A DNA stretch of 64,000 bases from Candidatus Parcubacteria bacterium (GCA_046050355.1 JBJOPW010000002.1:62028-126027); one strand, 5' to 3'. Counted from the stretch's first letter, positions 50,048-60,357 are shown. Numbers and translations are program-made. The notes: generated by a model from the sequence alone, not told the origin.

Positions 50048-53000
50048 ATGAGCCAATACAAATTGATGCGTGGCATTATTCTCAGCGCTTTAGGACTCGC
50101 CCTTTCTGCGGGTTTTTTTATACCTTTTCACTTCACCCACGCCGCTGTCCTTTATGAACAAAGTAACATCGGCACATCATACGATCTGTTCGCCGATGCT
50201 GGTGCCAATGGCAGTGGCTTCGTTAATATTATGCCGCAAGCAACTAATACACCGCCTATGTTTTCTGGCGGTGGTGTCGCCTATGTAGGAACAGCTGCCT
50301 GGCTTCGGGTCAAACGGGTATCTGGACTCACCTGTGATGCACCGTTTACTGTGTCGCTTTTTGCCACTGATGGCAGCACTATTGGATGGTCTCAAGTAAC
50401 ACCTGGGTACACCGTTGGACCCTACTGTGATTTCCCGCTGGGTGGCCCAAACAGAACTGATCGGGCTGTCGGCATGATTGCTATTTGTGTGAACAATGAT
50501 TGTGATGGTATTCCTAGTTTTGTACTTGATGGTTCACCAACAAACAGTGGATTTGTATTTGATGGCACTAAGACAATCGTGCAACCAGGCGGTTGGGCAT
50601 TTCAGATTTGTGATAGTGGCGGGTGCTCTGGCGGTTTTGGTGAAGTAGAGCCGTGTGGTGATATTGTTTACCCGGCTGACTATTACTATGCTGGTAGCCC
50701 AGAAGATAGAACACCTATAGTTGATTGTGATAATCCATTTAATGCTGATACGGCAGTTAATTTTTCATTTGATCTTACAATCAATAATCAGGCGGTGACC
50801 AATGGTGCTACTATCACCAAACCAACTGGTACCCTCTCAGTCCCGTATTCTTTAACGATGACCCCTGACTCATTTGATTACCCACTGAGTATTTTCCGGA
50901 AAGAGGGACAAGATTACGTCCTCACTCATCCCCAGAGTGGCAACTTCAATTTGGCTGGCTATGTGGATCTTCCTGCCGGCGATTATGTGGCGACATTAGC
51001 GTTTACTGAAGAACCAATCCCACTAGGTTATAAAAACCCACAACATATCATTAAGCAGTTAGCCTCATTGATTATTCCAACGGCCGCTGCTTTTTATCCA
51101 GACACACAAGAGGTACAAGCCATAAGCTTCACGGTAGTTGATGTAGTGCCACAACCACAGGGTGCCAGTAGCGTGCTGTTCTTGCCAGGGATTCAGGCGA
51201 GTCGACTCTACTTAGGTGACGGTAATCAAGTTTTTAATAGAGTGTGGGAACCAACAAATAATACTGATGTAGGGACACTGAGTCTTTCCGATCAAGGTAC
51301 AAGTAATGTTGACATTCGTACAAACGACATCATTGATGAAACTAGTATTGCCGTCATCGGAAAGAATATTTATAAAGGTTTTATAAGTTTCTTAGACGAC
51401 TTAGCTGAGAAACAAGTAATTAAAGAATGGAGACCTTTTGCTTATGACTGGCGCTATGATGTTTTTGACATTGCTGAAAATGGAACTAAATACCTCGATG
51501 GTTCAATCCAAAATCCAGTTGATGAAGCTATTCGATTGGCTAGTTCTTCACTAAGTAAAAAAGTCACAATCGTCGCTCATTCTAATGGAGGGTTGCTCGC
51601 TAAAGCAATCATGTATGAGCTGGAGAAGCGAGGAAAAGCAGATTTGGTTGATAAAGTAGTATTTATAGGAACTCCACATTTAGGTACTCCAAAAGCCATT
51701 GCTACTATTCTCCATGGATATGATCAAGAAGCAGTTGGCGGGGTCGTGATTGACGACGGCGTAGCTCGTAACATTATTAAAAATTTACCCGGTGCGTATA
51801 GCCTACTCCCTTCTGAAAAGTACTTTGATCTAACTACTGATCCGCTGGTACAGTTTGATAATTCATCAAGTACTTTAGATTACAGAACAGCGTACGGCCA
51901 ATCGATCGATTCAGTAGCTGGTTTTAATGCTTTTATAACAGGCCAATCAGATACAACAGGACGAGCACAGGTGTCAGAATCTGAAGTAAATAGACCATCT
52001 GTTGCAAATCAAGACATGTTCTTAGAGGCACAGAAGGCCCACAAAGACTTACTTGATGCTTGGACTCCGCCTGATCAAACAAAAGTGTATCAGATTGCTG
52101 GTACTGGATTAAAGACGATACAAGCAATTGAGTATCGAGAGGTGTTAGAGACTGTCTGTCCACCCGGCGCTGTTTCCTTGCTGTTGTGCCAGGTAAATAA
52201 ACTTTTAAAGCCACATGCTGTTTTTACCTCGTATGGTGATGAAACTGTTGTGAGCAAATCTGCTGCTTACGTCACAGACATTTCTGATAAGAACTATTTC
52301 ATTGATCTTCAACAAATAGAAAATCGAAGAATACCACTTATAGGTATAAAGAAGACACATGAAAACATCACAGAAATTTCTCAAGTGCAAGACTTTTTAC
52401 GAAACGTTATAACAACAGGCTCGACGTCTGACGTAGAGTTCATTTCTCGAGATGAACCAAATTTTACTAACGTATACGACATTGAGGAAATCAATTCGCC
52501 AGTACAGATTTCTGCTACTGATAATACTGGTAATGTAACTGGTATGGTAAAGGAGGGAAATATATGGGTACGCAAGGAAGATATTCCAGATAGTGCCTAT
52601 ATCGAATTTGGTGGTACAAAGTATCTAATTATTCCTGCTTCAGTACAACGTACCACCAAACTGATAGGAGAAGCATTGGGGGGATACACACTGACATTAA
52701 ATACACTCAGTGGTAACATCCAAACAAAGCGACACGAAATCGTCAATGCAACAACCACGCCTACTATGGTGGCGACCTATAGCAAAGACAATGGGGCTTT
52801 CACGACTATAAAAACTGACTATACTGGAGATGGTGTCATTGACTACGTATCTACTGTTGATGGTGTATATGTTGCTCCAAACTATACATACAATGATCTA
52901 AAAACCGCAATTACAGTCTTACCAATAAAAAAGTCACTGCGTGATGTATTATTAAAGATAGCTACTGAGGCAGAGAAGTTGAGTCTCAAAAGTAATCAAA

Positions 53001-53134
53001 AATTGTACGATCCTTTAGAGAAACTTACACTTCGTACTCTTGAACTAACTATTCGACTGTACCTGCAACAAAGATATATTTCACAATTACAAGCCGACGA
53101 GTTGATTAAAATCATTAAGTTTTTAAGTAAATAA
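50048..53134 (+). CDS. Large secreted protein with LCAT/PGAP1-like lipase/acyltransferase domain
   Basis: Signal peptide, VLFLPGIQAS, FAYDWR, IVAHSNGGL, GTPHLG, GDETV, Cys-rich N-domain. Confidence 0.8.
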   Translation: MSQYKLMRGIILSALGLALSAGFFIPFHFTHAAVLYEQSNIGTSYDLFADAGANGSGFVNIMPQATNTPPMFSGGGVAYVGTAAWLRVKRVSGLTCDAPFTVSLFATDGSTIGWSQVTPGYTVGPYCDFPLGGPNRTDRAVGMIAICVNNDCDGIPSFVLDGSPTNSGFVFDGTKTIVQPGGWAFQICDSGGCSGGFGEVEPCGDIVYPADYYYAGSPEDRTPIVDCDNPFNADTAVNFSFDLTINNQAVTNGATITKPTGTLSVPYSLTMTPDSFDYPLSIFRKEGQDYVLTHPQSGNFNLAGYVDLPAGDYVATLAFTEEPIPLGYKNPQHIIKQLASLIIPTAAAFYPDTQEVQAISFTVVDVVPQPQGASSVLFLPGIQASRLYLGDGNQVFNRVWEPTNNTDVGTLSLSDQGTSNVDIRTNDIIDETSIAVIGKNIYKGFISFLDDLAEKQVIKEWRPFAYDWRYDVFDIAENGTKYLDGSIQNPVDEAIRLASSSLSKKVTIVAHSNGGLLAKAIMYELEKRGKADLVDKVVFIGTPHLGTPKAIATILHGYDQEAVGGVVIDDGVARNIIKNLPGAYSLLPSEKYFDLTTDPLVQFDNSSSTLDYRTAYGQSIDSVAGFNAFITGQSDTTGRAQVSESEVNRPSVANQDMFLEAQKAHKDLLDAWTPPDQTKVYQIAGTGLKTIQAIEYREVLETVCPPGAVSLLLCQVNKLLKPHAVFTSYGDETVVSKSAAYVTDISDKNYFIDLQQIENRRIPLIGIKKTHENITEISQVQDFLRNVITTGSTSDVEFISRDEPNFTNVYDIEEINSPVQISATDNTGNVTGMVKEGNIWVRKEDIPDSAYIEFGGTKYLIIPASVQRTTKLIGEALGGYTLTLNTLSGNIQTKRHEIVNATTTPTMVATYSKDNGAFTTIKTDYTGDGVIDYVSTVDGVYVAPNYTYNDLKTAITVLPIKKSLRDVLLKIATEAEKLSLKSNQKLYDPLEKLTLRTLELTIRLYLQQRYISQLQADELIKIIKFLSK

Positions 53135-53137
53135 TTT

Positions 53138-53551
53138 ATGTTACAAGATAAAAAAGTTTGGTTTAGAATTTTAGGAGGTAATCTTATTTTGTTACTAATA
53201 GGATATTCAATTTGGTTTTTCTATTGCAAAGATGGACTTTGCAGTTCTGATTTCAGAGGTGGTTTTCTAGAACCGGCAATGACAATCGTAGTTTTTTTTA
53301 TTCTGTCGCTAACACCACTTTTTTTTGTTAAATCAAAAATTACAATTAATTGGTTGAAATATGTAGTGTCATGGTATATGCCAGTTGCAATTTTATTTGT
53401 TAGTCAAACAAAAGTGTATACATCTTCAGTAATGTCTATAGACCGAACACTAGCCAGTGTTTATTGGATGCTAGGATTGTTTGTAATAACTTTGATATTC
53501 GTTGCAATTTCAGTTAAGGGTAAGGAAATTAAATCAACCTTTTTCAGTTAA
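53138..53551 (+). CDS. AT-rich 4-TM hypothetical protein
   Basis: 3 nt downstream of the lipase gene, hydrophobic. Confidence 0.65.
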   Translation: MLQDKKVWFRILGGNLILLLIGYSIWFFYCKDGLCSSDFRGGFLEPAMTIVVFFILSLTPLFFVKSKITINWLKYVVSWYMPVAILFVSQTKVYTSSVMSIDRTLASVYWMLGLFVITLIFVAISVKGKEIKSTFFS

Positions 53552-53612
53552 AGGTAAAATAATCCAAAACACTCATAGCAAAATTGCGATGGAATGCTGT
53601 ATACTGTAGGGG

Positions 53613-53711
53613 ATGTTCAACAAGACCTTTTACAGTTTCTTGTTTAGTTTTGTAGCGGTGGTGGTGGGGACCCTCGTTTTTATTTTGATAGTGGGGATGG
53701 GAGTCAATTAG
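53613..53711 (+). CDS. 32-aa single-TM peptide (below ORF-track cutoff)
   Basis: MFNKTFYSFLFSFVAVVVGTLVFILIVGMGVN. TATACT -10 ends 7 nt upstream, and the stop is 7 nt from the next gene. Confidence 0.55.
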   Translation: MFNKTFYSFLFSFVAVVVGTLVFILIVGMGVN

Positions 53712-53718
53712 CTCTTTT

Positions 53719-54198
53719 ATGATTCGTATTACAGATCAGTATTTTTGGAATGTTGTCTTTGGGATTTTTTTCGTGCTCCTTGTGGTCATGGGGGCGATTA
53801 TCCTCGAGACCGAGGCGCGCATCGCGTACACCGAACTGACCTTCACTGACTTTGCCCTCATTACGCTCGCTACCTGGCGCCTCATTCGACTCTTTGTCTA
53901 CGATGCTATCACGAAGTTCCTTCGTGAGCAGTTTTATGATTTGAAAAAAGTAGGGAAGGGGATGGTGCTCGAAAAGCCGAAGTTCGGACCACGCCGCACC
54001 CTCGCTGACCTCCTCTCTTGCCCGTGGTGCTTTGGCATGTGGGCTGCGGCACTGGTGACCTTCTTCTACCTCCTTACGCCCTACGCGTACTACATCACTA
54101 TCTTCCTCGCCATCTCAGCGGTGGCGTCCTTCCTCCAAATACTCACGAACATGGTCGGCTGGCAAGCTGAGAAACTAAAACAGGAAGTAGAGGGATAA
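53719..54198 (+). CDS. DUF1360-like membrane protein
   Basis: LATWRL.RL..YD.IT..LR and LLSCPWC.G.W motifs. Confidence 0.75.
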   Translation: MIRITDQYFWNVVFGIFFVLLVVMGAIILETEARIAYTELTFTDFALITLATWRLIRLFVYDAITKFLREQFYDLKKVGKGMVLEKPKFGPRRTLADLLSCPWCFGMWAAALVTFFYLLTPYAYYITIFLAISAVASFLQILTNMVGWQAEKLKQEVEG

Positions 54199-54226
54199 GC
54201 GTTTATTTGCTATACTCCTCTACGCG

Positions 54227-54297
54227 CGGGGTATCGTATAGTGGTAATATTTGCCCATGGGGTGGGTAAGCCGTCGGTTCAATTCCGGCTACCCCGA
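54227..54297 (+). tRNA. tRNA-Pro(GGG), compact, CCA not encoded
   Basis: CGGGGTA/TACCCCG acceptor, loop ATGGGGT, TTCAATT T-loop, own TGcTATACT promoter at 54208-54216. Confidence 0.85.
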
Positions 54298-54371
54298 CAA
54301 TAAAAGTGAAAATGGAAGCCGGCCCTCTAGGCCGGCTTCCATTTTTCCAAAGTTCTGCTATAGTATGCCTC

Positions 54372-54520
54372 GTCAGGCTAAAGACAGTTGGTGGGGACGA
54401 GTCACGTCCCTGTAATGCCGGGTAGCCACCCGTGCGCCAGCCGAGGTCCAATCTAATTCTCTTTTGAGATCAGTTGGGGTCGAAATCGCCTCACTGCCCC
54501 CGTGCAGTTGTGGCCTGATA
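54372..54520 (+). promoter_or_regulatory. L10 leader-like autoregulatory RNA
   Basis: AAGACAG motif and terminal gtcaggc/gcctgat pairing upstream of rplJ. Confidence 0.55.
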
Positions 54521-54547
54521 CTTACAAACATCGTAATCCATACTACT

Positions 54548-55027
54548 GTGGCAATTACAAAAGCAAAGAAGGTAGAAATCCTTTCTCGTCTCAACGACGT
54601 CAAGGACAGCTCAGAAGCAATTGTGTTCATTCACTTCAATGGCCTTAACCTCGCTGATACTACAGCGATGCGAAAGGCACTGCGTGAAGCGGGCGTCGGT
54701 TTCTTTGTAGCCAAGAAGACCCTCATGGAGCGTGTCTTTACCGGTTACGAAGGAACTATGCCAAAGCTCGATGGTGAAATTGCGGTCGCCTATAGTGCAG
54801 ACCCAATGGCGCCAGCACAGAACATGAAGGATTTTGCAGCGAAGTTCAAGGATAAGGTAGCGATTGTTGGTGGTATCTTCCAAGGTACCTTCAAGGATCA
54901 GACAGAAATGACTGCTATTGCCTCTATCCCAGGCCTCGATGTACTCCGTGGTATGTTTGCGCAGCTTATCAACTCTCCACGTCAGCGTTTTGCGGTGGTC
55001 TTGAGTGAAGTAGCGAAGACTAAATAG
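54548..55027 (+). CDS. rplJ: 50S ribosomal protein L10
   Basis: GTG start (AITKAKK), VAKKTL, A.IP, followed by rplL. Confidence 0.93.
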   Translation: MAITKAKKVEILSRLNDVKDSSEAIVFIHFNGLNLADTTAMRKALREAGVGFFVAKKTLMERVFTGYEGTMPKLDGEIAVAYSADPMAPAQNMKDFAAKFKDKVAIVGGIFQGTFKDQTEMTAIASIPGLDVLRGMFAQLINSPRQRFAVVLSEVAKTK

Positions 55028-55148
55028 TTATTAAATTTATATCTGCATTGCGATTTCAGAGACACTGCTTCAAAAAAAATTCATTAGTAATAGAATTTTT
55101 TGAAGGCCTAGTTTTTCTGGAATTGCTACGCAATTAAGAAAAATTGGC

Positions 55149-55511
55149 ATGACACACGAACAAATCATCGAAGCGGTTGAAAAAATGACCGTTCTCGAAC
55201 TAAACGACCTCGTAAAGACGATTGAAGAGAAGTGGGGCGTATCTGCAGCAGCAGTAGCCGTAGCAGCCGGTCCAGCCGCAGCTGGTGGAGCAGAAGAGCA
55301 GAGTGAATTCACTGTTGAACTCACCGACGCTGGTGCTCAGAAGATTGCTGTTATCAAGGTAGTCAAGGAAGTCCTCGGTCTAGGTCTCAAGGAAGCTAAG
55401 GACATGGTAGACGCCGCTCCTTCTGTAGTGAAGGAGAACATGAAGAAAGAAGATGCTGAAGCCCTTAAAGCTAAATTGGAAGAGGCAGGGGCAAAAGTTA
55501 CTCTCAAGTAA
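55149..55511 (+). CDS. rplL: 50S ribosomal protein L7/L12
   Basis: [29 protein letters not shown]. Confidence 0.98.
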   Translation: MTHEQIIEAVEKMTVLELNDLVKTIEEKWGVSAAAVAVAAGPAAAGGAEEQSEFTVELTDAGAQKIAVIKVVKEVLGLGLKEAKDMVDAAPSVVKENMKKEDAEALKAKLEEAGAKVTLK

Positions 55512-55526
55512 TCTTGGAATCCTGAG

Positions 55527-55557
55527 AAAAAGCACCGACACCTGTCGGTGCTTTTTC
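55527..55557 (+). terminator. Terminator after rplL
   Basis: aaaagcaccgaca/tgtcggtgctttt inverted repeat. Confidence 0.8.
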
Positions 55558-55633
55558 ATAGAGTCCCTAAAGAATCCCATTGACACTTTTTCACTTATGG
55601 GTTATGTTCTCTCCACCAATCTGGAGGAAGAGA

Positions 55634-55870
55634 ATGACTAACGTTGTGTTGGCTGCCGAGCTAGCCTACCAAATATATATCAAAGACAAAGGAATCCGGG
55701 CTCTGATTGCCTGGTTCAAAGCGGAGCTTACGCTTCAAGGTATCGCCACGGAGGAGCGCTACGGTGCCCATAAGGACGAGTTCCTGGCGCAGCACCAGGA
55801 ACATGTCGAAGGTCTCGCCAAGCAGTGGCGGTCAAGTCGACAGTCTGTGGCCGTCGCTGCCACGGGCTGA
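55634..55870 (+). CDS. Hypothetical orphan protein
   Basis: TTGACA promoter, GGAGGA SD, downstream terminator. Confidence 0.55.
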   Translation: MTNVVLAAELAYQIYIKDKGIRALIAWFKAELTLQGIATEERYGAHKDEFLAQHQEHVEGLAKQWRSSRQSVAVAATG

Positions 55871-56005
55871 GCTGCACTCAAGATTGGAATAGGCCCGCTT
55901 CTCTGGTGGGCCTTTTTCGTTTTCCTCTATATCTGCATCACCCCAGCCGTACCGTCAAGACTGTGGGTAAGGGAATTGGTGGTAAAATTGCCATACATAT
56001 CCCTT

Positions 56006-56641
56006 ATGGCCGACCCACTGTCTATCTTGTTTGGAAGCACTGCGCGCGTAAAACTACTCCGCTTTTTCCTCTTTAACCCCTCACGAGAATTTACCTTTGA
56101 TGATATTAGCAGGCGAGCTCGTCTCCCGCGCCGTACGGCTCGTACCGAGCTCACTGCCCTCGAGAAAGCAGGAGTGATCGTAAAGCGAAATATGTACGTC
56201 GCTATTGATGGTAAGACCAAGAAAATGAAGGTGCTTGGTTATACGCTCAACAAAGATTTTGGTGAATTATCTGCCCTCCAAACCTTCCTTTTTGAAACAG
56301 CACCGATTGATGGGAAGAATCTCCTTAGTCATTTGCGCAAGGCGGGGACACTCGACTTCGTCGCGATTGCCGGTGTCTTTGTGCGTGAGTTTGAACAACA
56401 GCTTGATGTACTCGTGGCGATGAAGAAAGTCTCAGAAGCTAAAGTCGAAAGTGCTATCCGGGCCTTTGAAGCCGAAGTAGGTATGGAGATACGCTTTGCG
56501 CTTATGACCAGCGACAATCTCTTGTATCGAGTGGGGATGAATGATCGACTTACCCGTGACTTTTTTGATTACCAACACCAAATTCTAATTGATAAAATTG
56601 GTGTGCGCGATGAACTTCATCGCGGTTCGTTTCGAGGGTAA
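56006..56641 (+). CDS. Winged-HTH protein with degenerate nucleotidyltransferase-like C-domain
   Basis: LFGS.ARVKLLRFF.FNP...EL..L.KAG, then G.F...LDVLV...EIRF. Confidence 0.65.
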   Translation: MADPLSILFGSTARVKLLRFFLFNPSREFTFDDISRRARLPRRTARTELTALEKAGVIVKRNMYVAIDGKTKKMKVLGYTLNKDFGELSALQTFLFETAPIDGKNLLSHLRKAGTLDFVAIAGVFVREFEQQLDVLVAMKKVSEAKVESAIRAFEAEVGMEIRFALMTSDNLLYRVGMNDRLTRDFFDYQHQILIDKIGVRDELHRGSFRG

Positions 56642-56685
56642 TGTAATGCTATAATTTTACATATAAATTGTAATACATAAATAAT

Positions 56686-56931
56686 ATGGGAAATATAGAT
56701 AGTATTGAAGAAGGTACAGAATCTGAGAGAATCGGAAAGGCTGTTGAATCATTAACAGAGTTGCTGGCTGATAAATATGATGCATATGCAATGAGTGATT
56801 TTAGAGAGTATATTCCGGTTGATCAACTAGAAACAATTGTTCGGAAAGGAAAACAAGCACTAAATATGTTCAATGAACAAGAAGTCGCTACTATGGTAGA
56901 GCAAACGTTGTTGTTGTTTGCGTGTAGATAA
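56686..56931 (+). CDS. Small acidic hypothetical protein
   Basis: AT-rich ORF with a TGcTATAAT promoter upstream. Confidence 0.5.
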   Translation: MGNIDSIEEGTESERIGKAVESLTELLADKYDAYAMSDFREYIPVDQLETIVRKGKQALNMFNEQEVATMVEQTLLLFACR

Positions 56932-57046
56932 AGTAACGCTGTGCCAGGATGCCTGCAAGTCTATTTGTGATAGAACAGTGCGAGGTTAACTAAATAAAAA
57001 ACCACCGCATACAGATGGGTGTCTGATGGGTGGTGGGGAGGCGCCA

Positions 57047-57562
57047 TTAGGGCGCCTCCTGCAGTTGTGTGTCGAGCGAATGCTCGATGACCGTGCCCGG
57101 GGTCGTGATTTTGCGACCCAATTGATCGAGCGGGTGGGCGATACAGCTCGGCTCGCTGTCGCCTTCGTACCATATCTGGCTGATGAGCCATATATAGCCG
57201 TCATCGGAGCGTCCGGTCAAGGTTTGTTCATACGTCGCCGCTTCGAAGTGGATCGCCGTGGCAATCCAGTCCATCAGCGCGCCGAGGCGTTCGGGTGTGA
57301 CCGAGGTCTGGTCCCACACCAGGGGCGGCTCGGTGCCGAACTGCACCGTGATGGTGTCGTGTGCGACAGTCCAGTTACCCCTGGTAAGGCTGTCGCCAGA
57401 GATGGCAACAGACGTTGCCAACTCCCACTGATTCTCAGTGGCCCAATCAGCGCAGTGCTGATTGGGGCCGAGACCCTGGCCATGGGCAGTACCGATGATC
57501 AGCACAAGAAAGATTGCTGCAATAAACAGCGGCTCAGCAAATGATGTCAAAAGCTTGTTCAT
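57047..57562 (-). CDS. Secreted hypothetical protein
   Basis: Signal-like N-terminus (TAHG), GGAG SD, promoter and terminator context. Confidence 0.55.
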   Translation of the reverse strand: MNKLLTSFAEPLFIAAIFLVLIIGTAHGQGLGPNQHCADWATENQWELATSVAISGDSLTRGNWTVAHDTITVQFGTEPPLVWDQTSVTPERLGALMDWIATAIHFEAATYEQTLTGRSDDGYIWLISQIWYEGDSEPSCIAHPLDQLGRKITTPGTVIEHSLDTQLQEAP

Positions 57563-57776
57563 TATCTTACTTCTCCAGATGGGCTCTTGTGAAAGATCTT
57601 TTCAGCAAAGAGCGGGGTTCAAGTCGGACTATATTATAGCATACTTTACACAAAAAAGCAAGTATTTTCAGCAGAAATGAGGGGATGGTGTCTGCAGTTC
57701 TGGTAGCTAGTAGGAGGGGGATACACTGTGTATAAGTCTGGGGATAGATACCCATATAAATGTCCAGATAGAGCGC

Positions 57777-57804
57777 TTGACTTTATTTTTAATTCGTATA
57801 AGAT
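57777..57804 (+). promoter_or_regulatory. Probable promoter of the 23S-tRNA-5S unit
   Basis: TTGACT-N16-TAAGAT. DnaA-box match TGTGTATAA at 57727-57735. Confidence 0.55.
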
Positions 57805-58404
57805 AGCACCCACGTATCTATGACATTTACCGATTAAACACGCACCGCGCTTTATTCACGAATGTGAGTGATTGCCGCGGGAACGCGGATTTTTTCTTCT
57901 TAAATGACACGGAGGTACGCAGTTACTTTACAACTGCATATTCTCAGAACACCCTTGATAAGGGGGTGTTCGAAAAGTCCTTTGTGTTCGACGCACAAAG
58001 GCAGGTTCCTCGTAGTTGCGGTAAGCGACACATATACGAGGAACACAGGTAGTCTGTTGGGTTAGATCCATAGCAGTGTCTCGTAGCTGAACACTCGGGT
58101 CTTTTCGTCCCCAATAGACAATCAAACAAACACTCAATCATATCGCCAAGATATGATTGTAAAATTGTACAGCGGTGTACAGCATTCCTTGCAGGAATGT
58201 AAGGGTGTATGGTGGATGCCTTGGCTTCAAGAAGCGATGAAAGACGTGATATGGCTGCGATAAGTTTCGGGGAGGTGCCAAATAACCTTCGATCCGGAAA
58301 TTTCTGAATGGGGAAACCCTCCTGTCATCGGCAGGAATCTGTGTTATGCAGATGCGCACCCAGCGAAGTGAAACATCTCAGTAGCTGGAGGAAAAGAAAG
58401 CAAT

Positions 58405-58602
58405 ATACGGAAATTTCTTTCTGAACAGATGTCGGACGCATCACATTGCATGTGATGCCCGATATGGAATAGAGAATATGGAATAGAGAAAAGAGTTTTG
58501 CCTACGGCAAAACATTTTCAATATTCTATTTTCAATATTAAATATCAGACCATCGCGCGTAGCGTGATGCGTCTGGCGCCATTATGTTCAGGAAGAAGTT
58601 TC
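58405..58602 (+). other. Structured intervening sequence in 23S domain I (about E. coli 225-230)
   Basis: Interrupts GAAAAGAAAGCAA...GATTCCCTTAGTAGCGGCGAGCG. Closed by ggaaatttctttctgaaca/tgttcaggaagaagtttct. Confidence 0.8.
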
Positions 58603-58874
58603 TTGCGATTCCCTTAGTAGCGGCGAGCGAAACGGGATCAGCCCAAACCATTCGTGTTTACATGAATGGGGTTGTAGGGCGGAGTTGGCATTTAGTTGCA
58701 ATGAGTTACAAATACTATGTATAGGAAAATGTGCTGGGAAGCACGACCCCAGAAGGTAATAGTCCTGTATTCGAAATGCATAGTGCTCATCTGATTCCGT
58801 TCCTGAGTAGTTCGAGACATGAATAGCTCGGATGAATCTACCAGCACTAACTGGTAAGGCTAAATATTCTTGGA

Positions 58875-58920
<46 letters not shown>

Positions 58921-60357
58921 GGAGAGGGGAGTGAAATAGAACTGAATCCATACACCTACAAGGAGTCGGAGCCCGCAAGGGTGACGGCGTGCCTATTGAA
59001 GAATGAGCCGGCGAGTGTACCTTTATCCTTTGTCTAAGTGGCAATCCCACGGAGGCGTAGTGAAAGCGAGCGTGAATAGCGCGAATTATAGGGTAGGGGT
59101 ACGACCCGAAGCGTGATGAGCTTACCATGAGCAGGGTGAAGCGCATGTAAAAGTGCGTGGAGGCCCGAACCGGTTGGCCGTTCAAAACCATCGGATGACT
59201 TGTGGTAAGGAGTGAAAAGCTTATCGAATTACGTAATAGCTGGTTCTCTCCGAAACAGCTTTTGGGTTGGCGTCGTGTGGTCCCTCTGGGGGTAGAGCAC
59301 TGGAAGGAGCAAACAGGGAGAAATCTCGTTGCTCCTATCAAACTCCGAATACCAGCAGGCAACAGCACGGCAGTTAGACAGTGGGGGAGAAGCTCCATGT
59401 GTCGAAAGGGAAACAGCCCAGATCGCCAGTTAAGGTCCCTAAATATATGCTCAGTGCAACTTGAGGAGGTGAGGATTCATTAACAATCAGGAAGTTGGCT
59501 TAGAAGCAGCCATCTTTTAAAGAAAGCGTAACAGCTCACTGATCGAGAGTCCTTGCGCCGAAGATGATCGGGGCTCAAGCATATTACCGAAACTGCGGAT
59601 TTCCATGATTTATCATGGGAGTGGTAGGAGAGCGTTCGTATTGCAATGAATGGGAGGCGAGAGCCGACCTGGAGCGATGCGAAGTGAGAATGCCGGCACA
59701 AGTAACCGCAAGACGGGTGGGAACCCCGTCCGCCGAAATACCAAGGTTTCCTTTGCGATGGTGATCAGCGAAGGGTTAGTCGGTCCTAAGGGAATCCCGA
59801 ATGGGGGACTCGATGGAGAGCAGGTTAATATTCCTGCACACTGGTGCGTTGCGATGGAGGGACGGAGGGTTGTACTTGACGCGGCTTATTGGATTGCCGT
59901 AGGAGGTTCGAGGAGGTCACGTAGGCAAATCCGCGTGGCAATACTCCGAGTTCAAACTAAAGGTGAGGCTACGGCCGAACCGATGTCAAGGAGCACGCTT
60001 CCGAGAAAAACTTCTAAGCATAAACGTATCGGTTCCGTACCGCAATCCGACACAGGTGGTAGAGTCGAGAAGACTAAGGCGAACGAGTGAGAGGTCCTCA
60101 AGGAACTCGGCAAACAAGCGGCCGTAACTTAGGGATAAGGCCTGCCTTTACAGAGATGTAGAGGCCGCAGCGAAAGATTTCCTGCCGACTGTTTATCAAA
60201 AACACAGCTCCCTGCGAAGACGTAAGTCAATGTATAGGGGGTGACGCCTGACCTATGCTGGAAGGTTAAATACGGGGGGTCGTATGTTCTTCGGAATGTG
60301 CGGCTGGACTGTATAAGCCCCAGTAAATGTCAGCGATAACTATAATCGTTCTAAGGT

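Noticed and set aside
57026-57544. 172-aa plus-strand ORF
   Set aside because: The opposite-strand ORF has a signal peptide, SD and promoter, so this one is its shadow.
57720-57775. oriC suggested by DnaA-box matches (also 3211 and about 49982)
   Set aside because: The boxes are isolated, with no cluster, unwinding element or adjacent dnaA.
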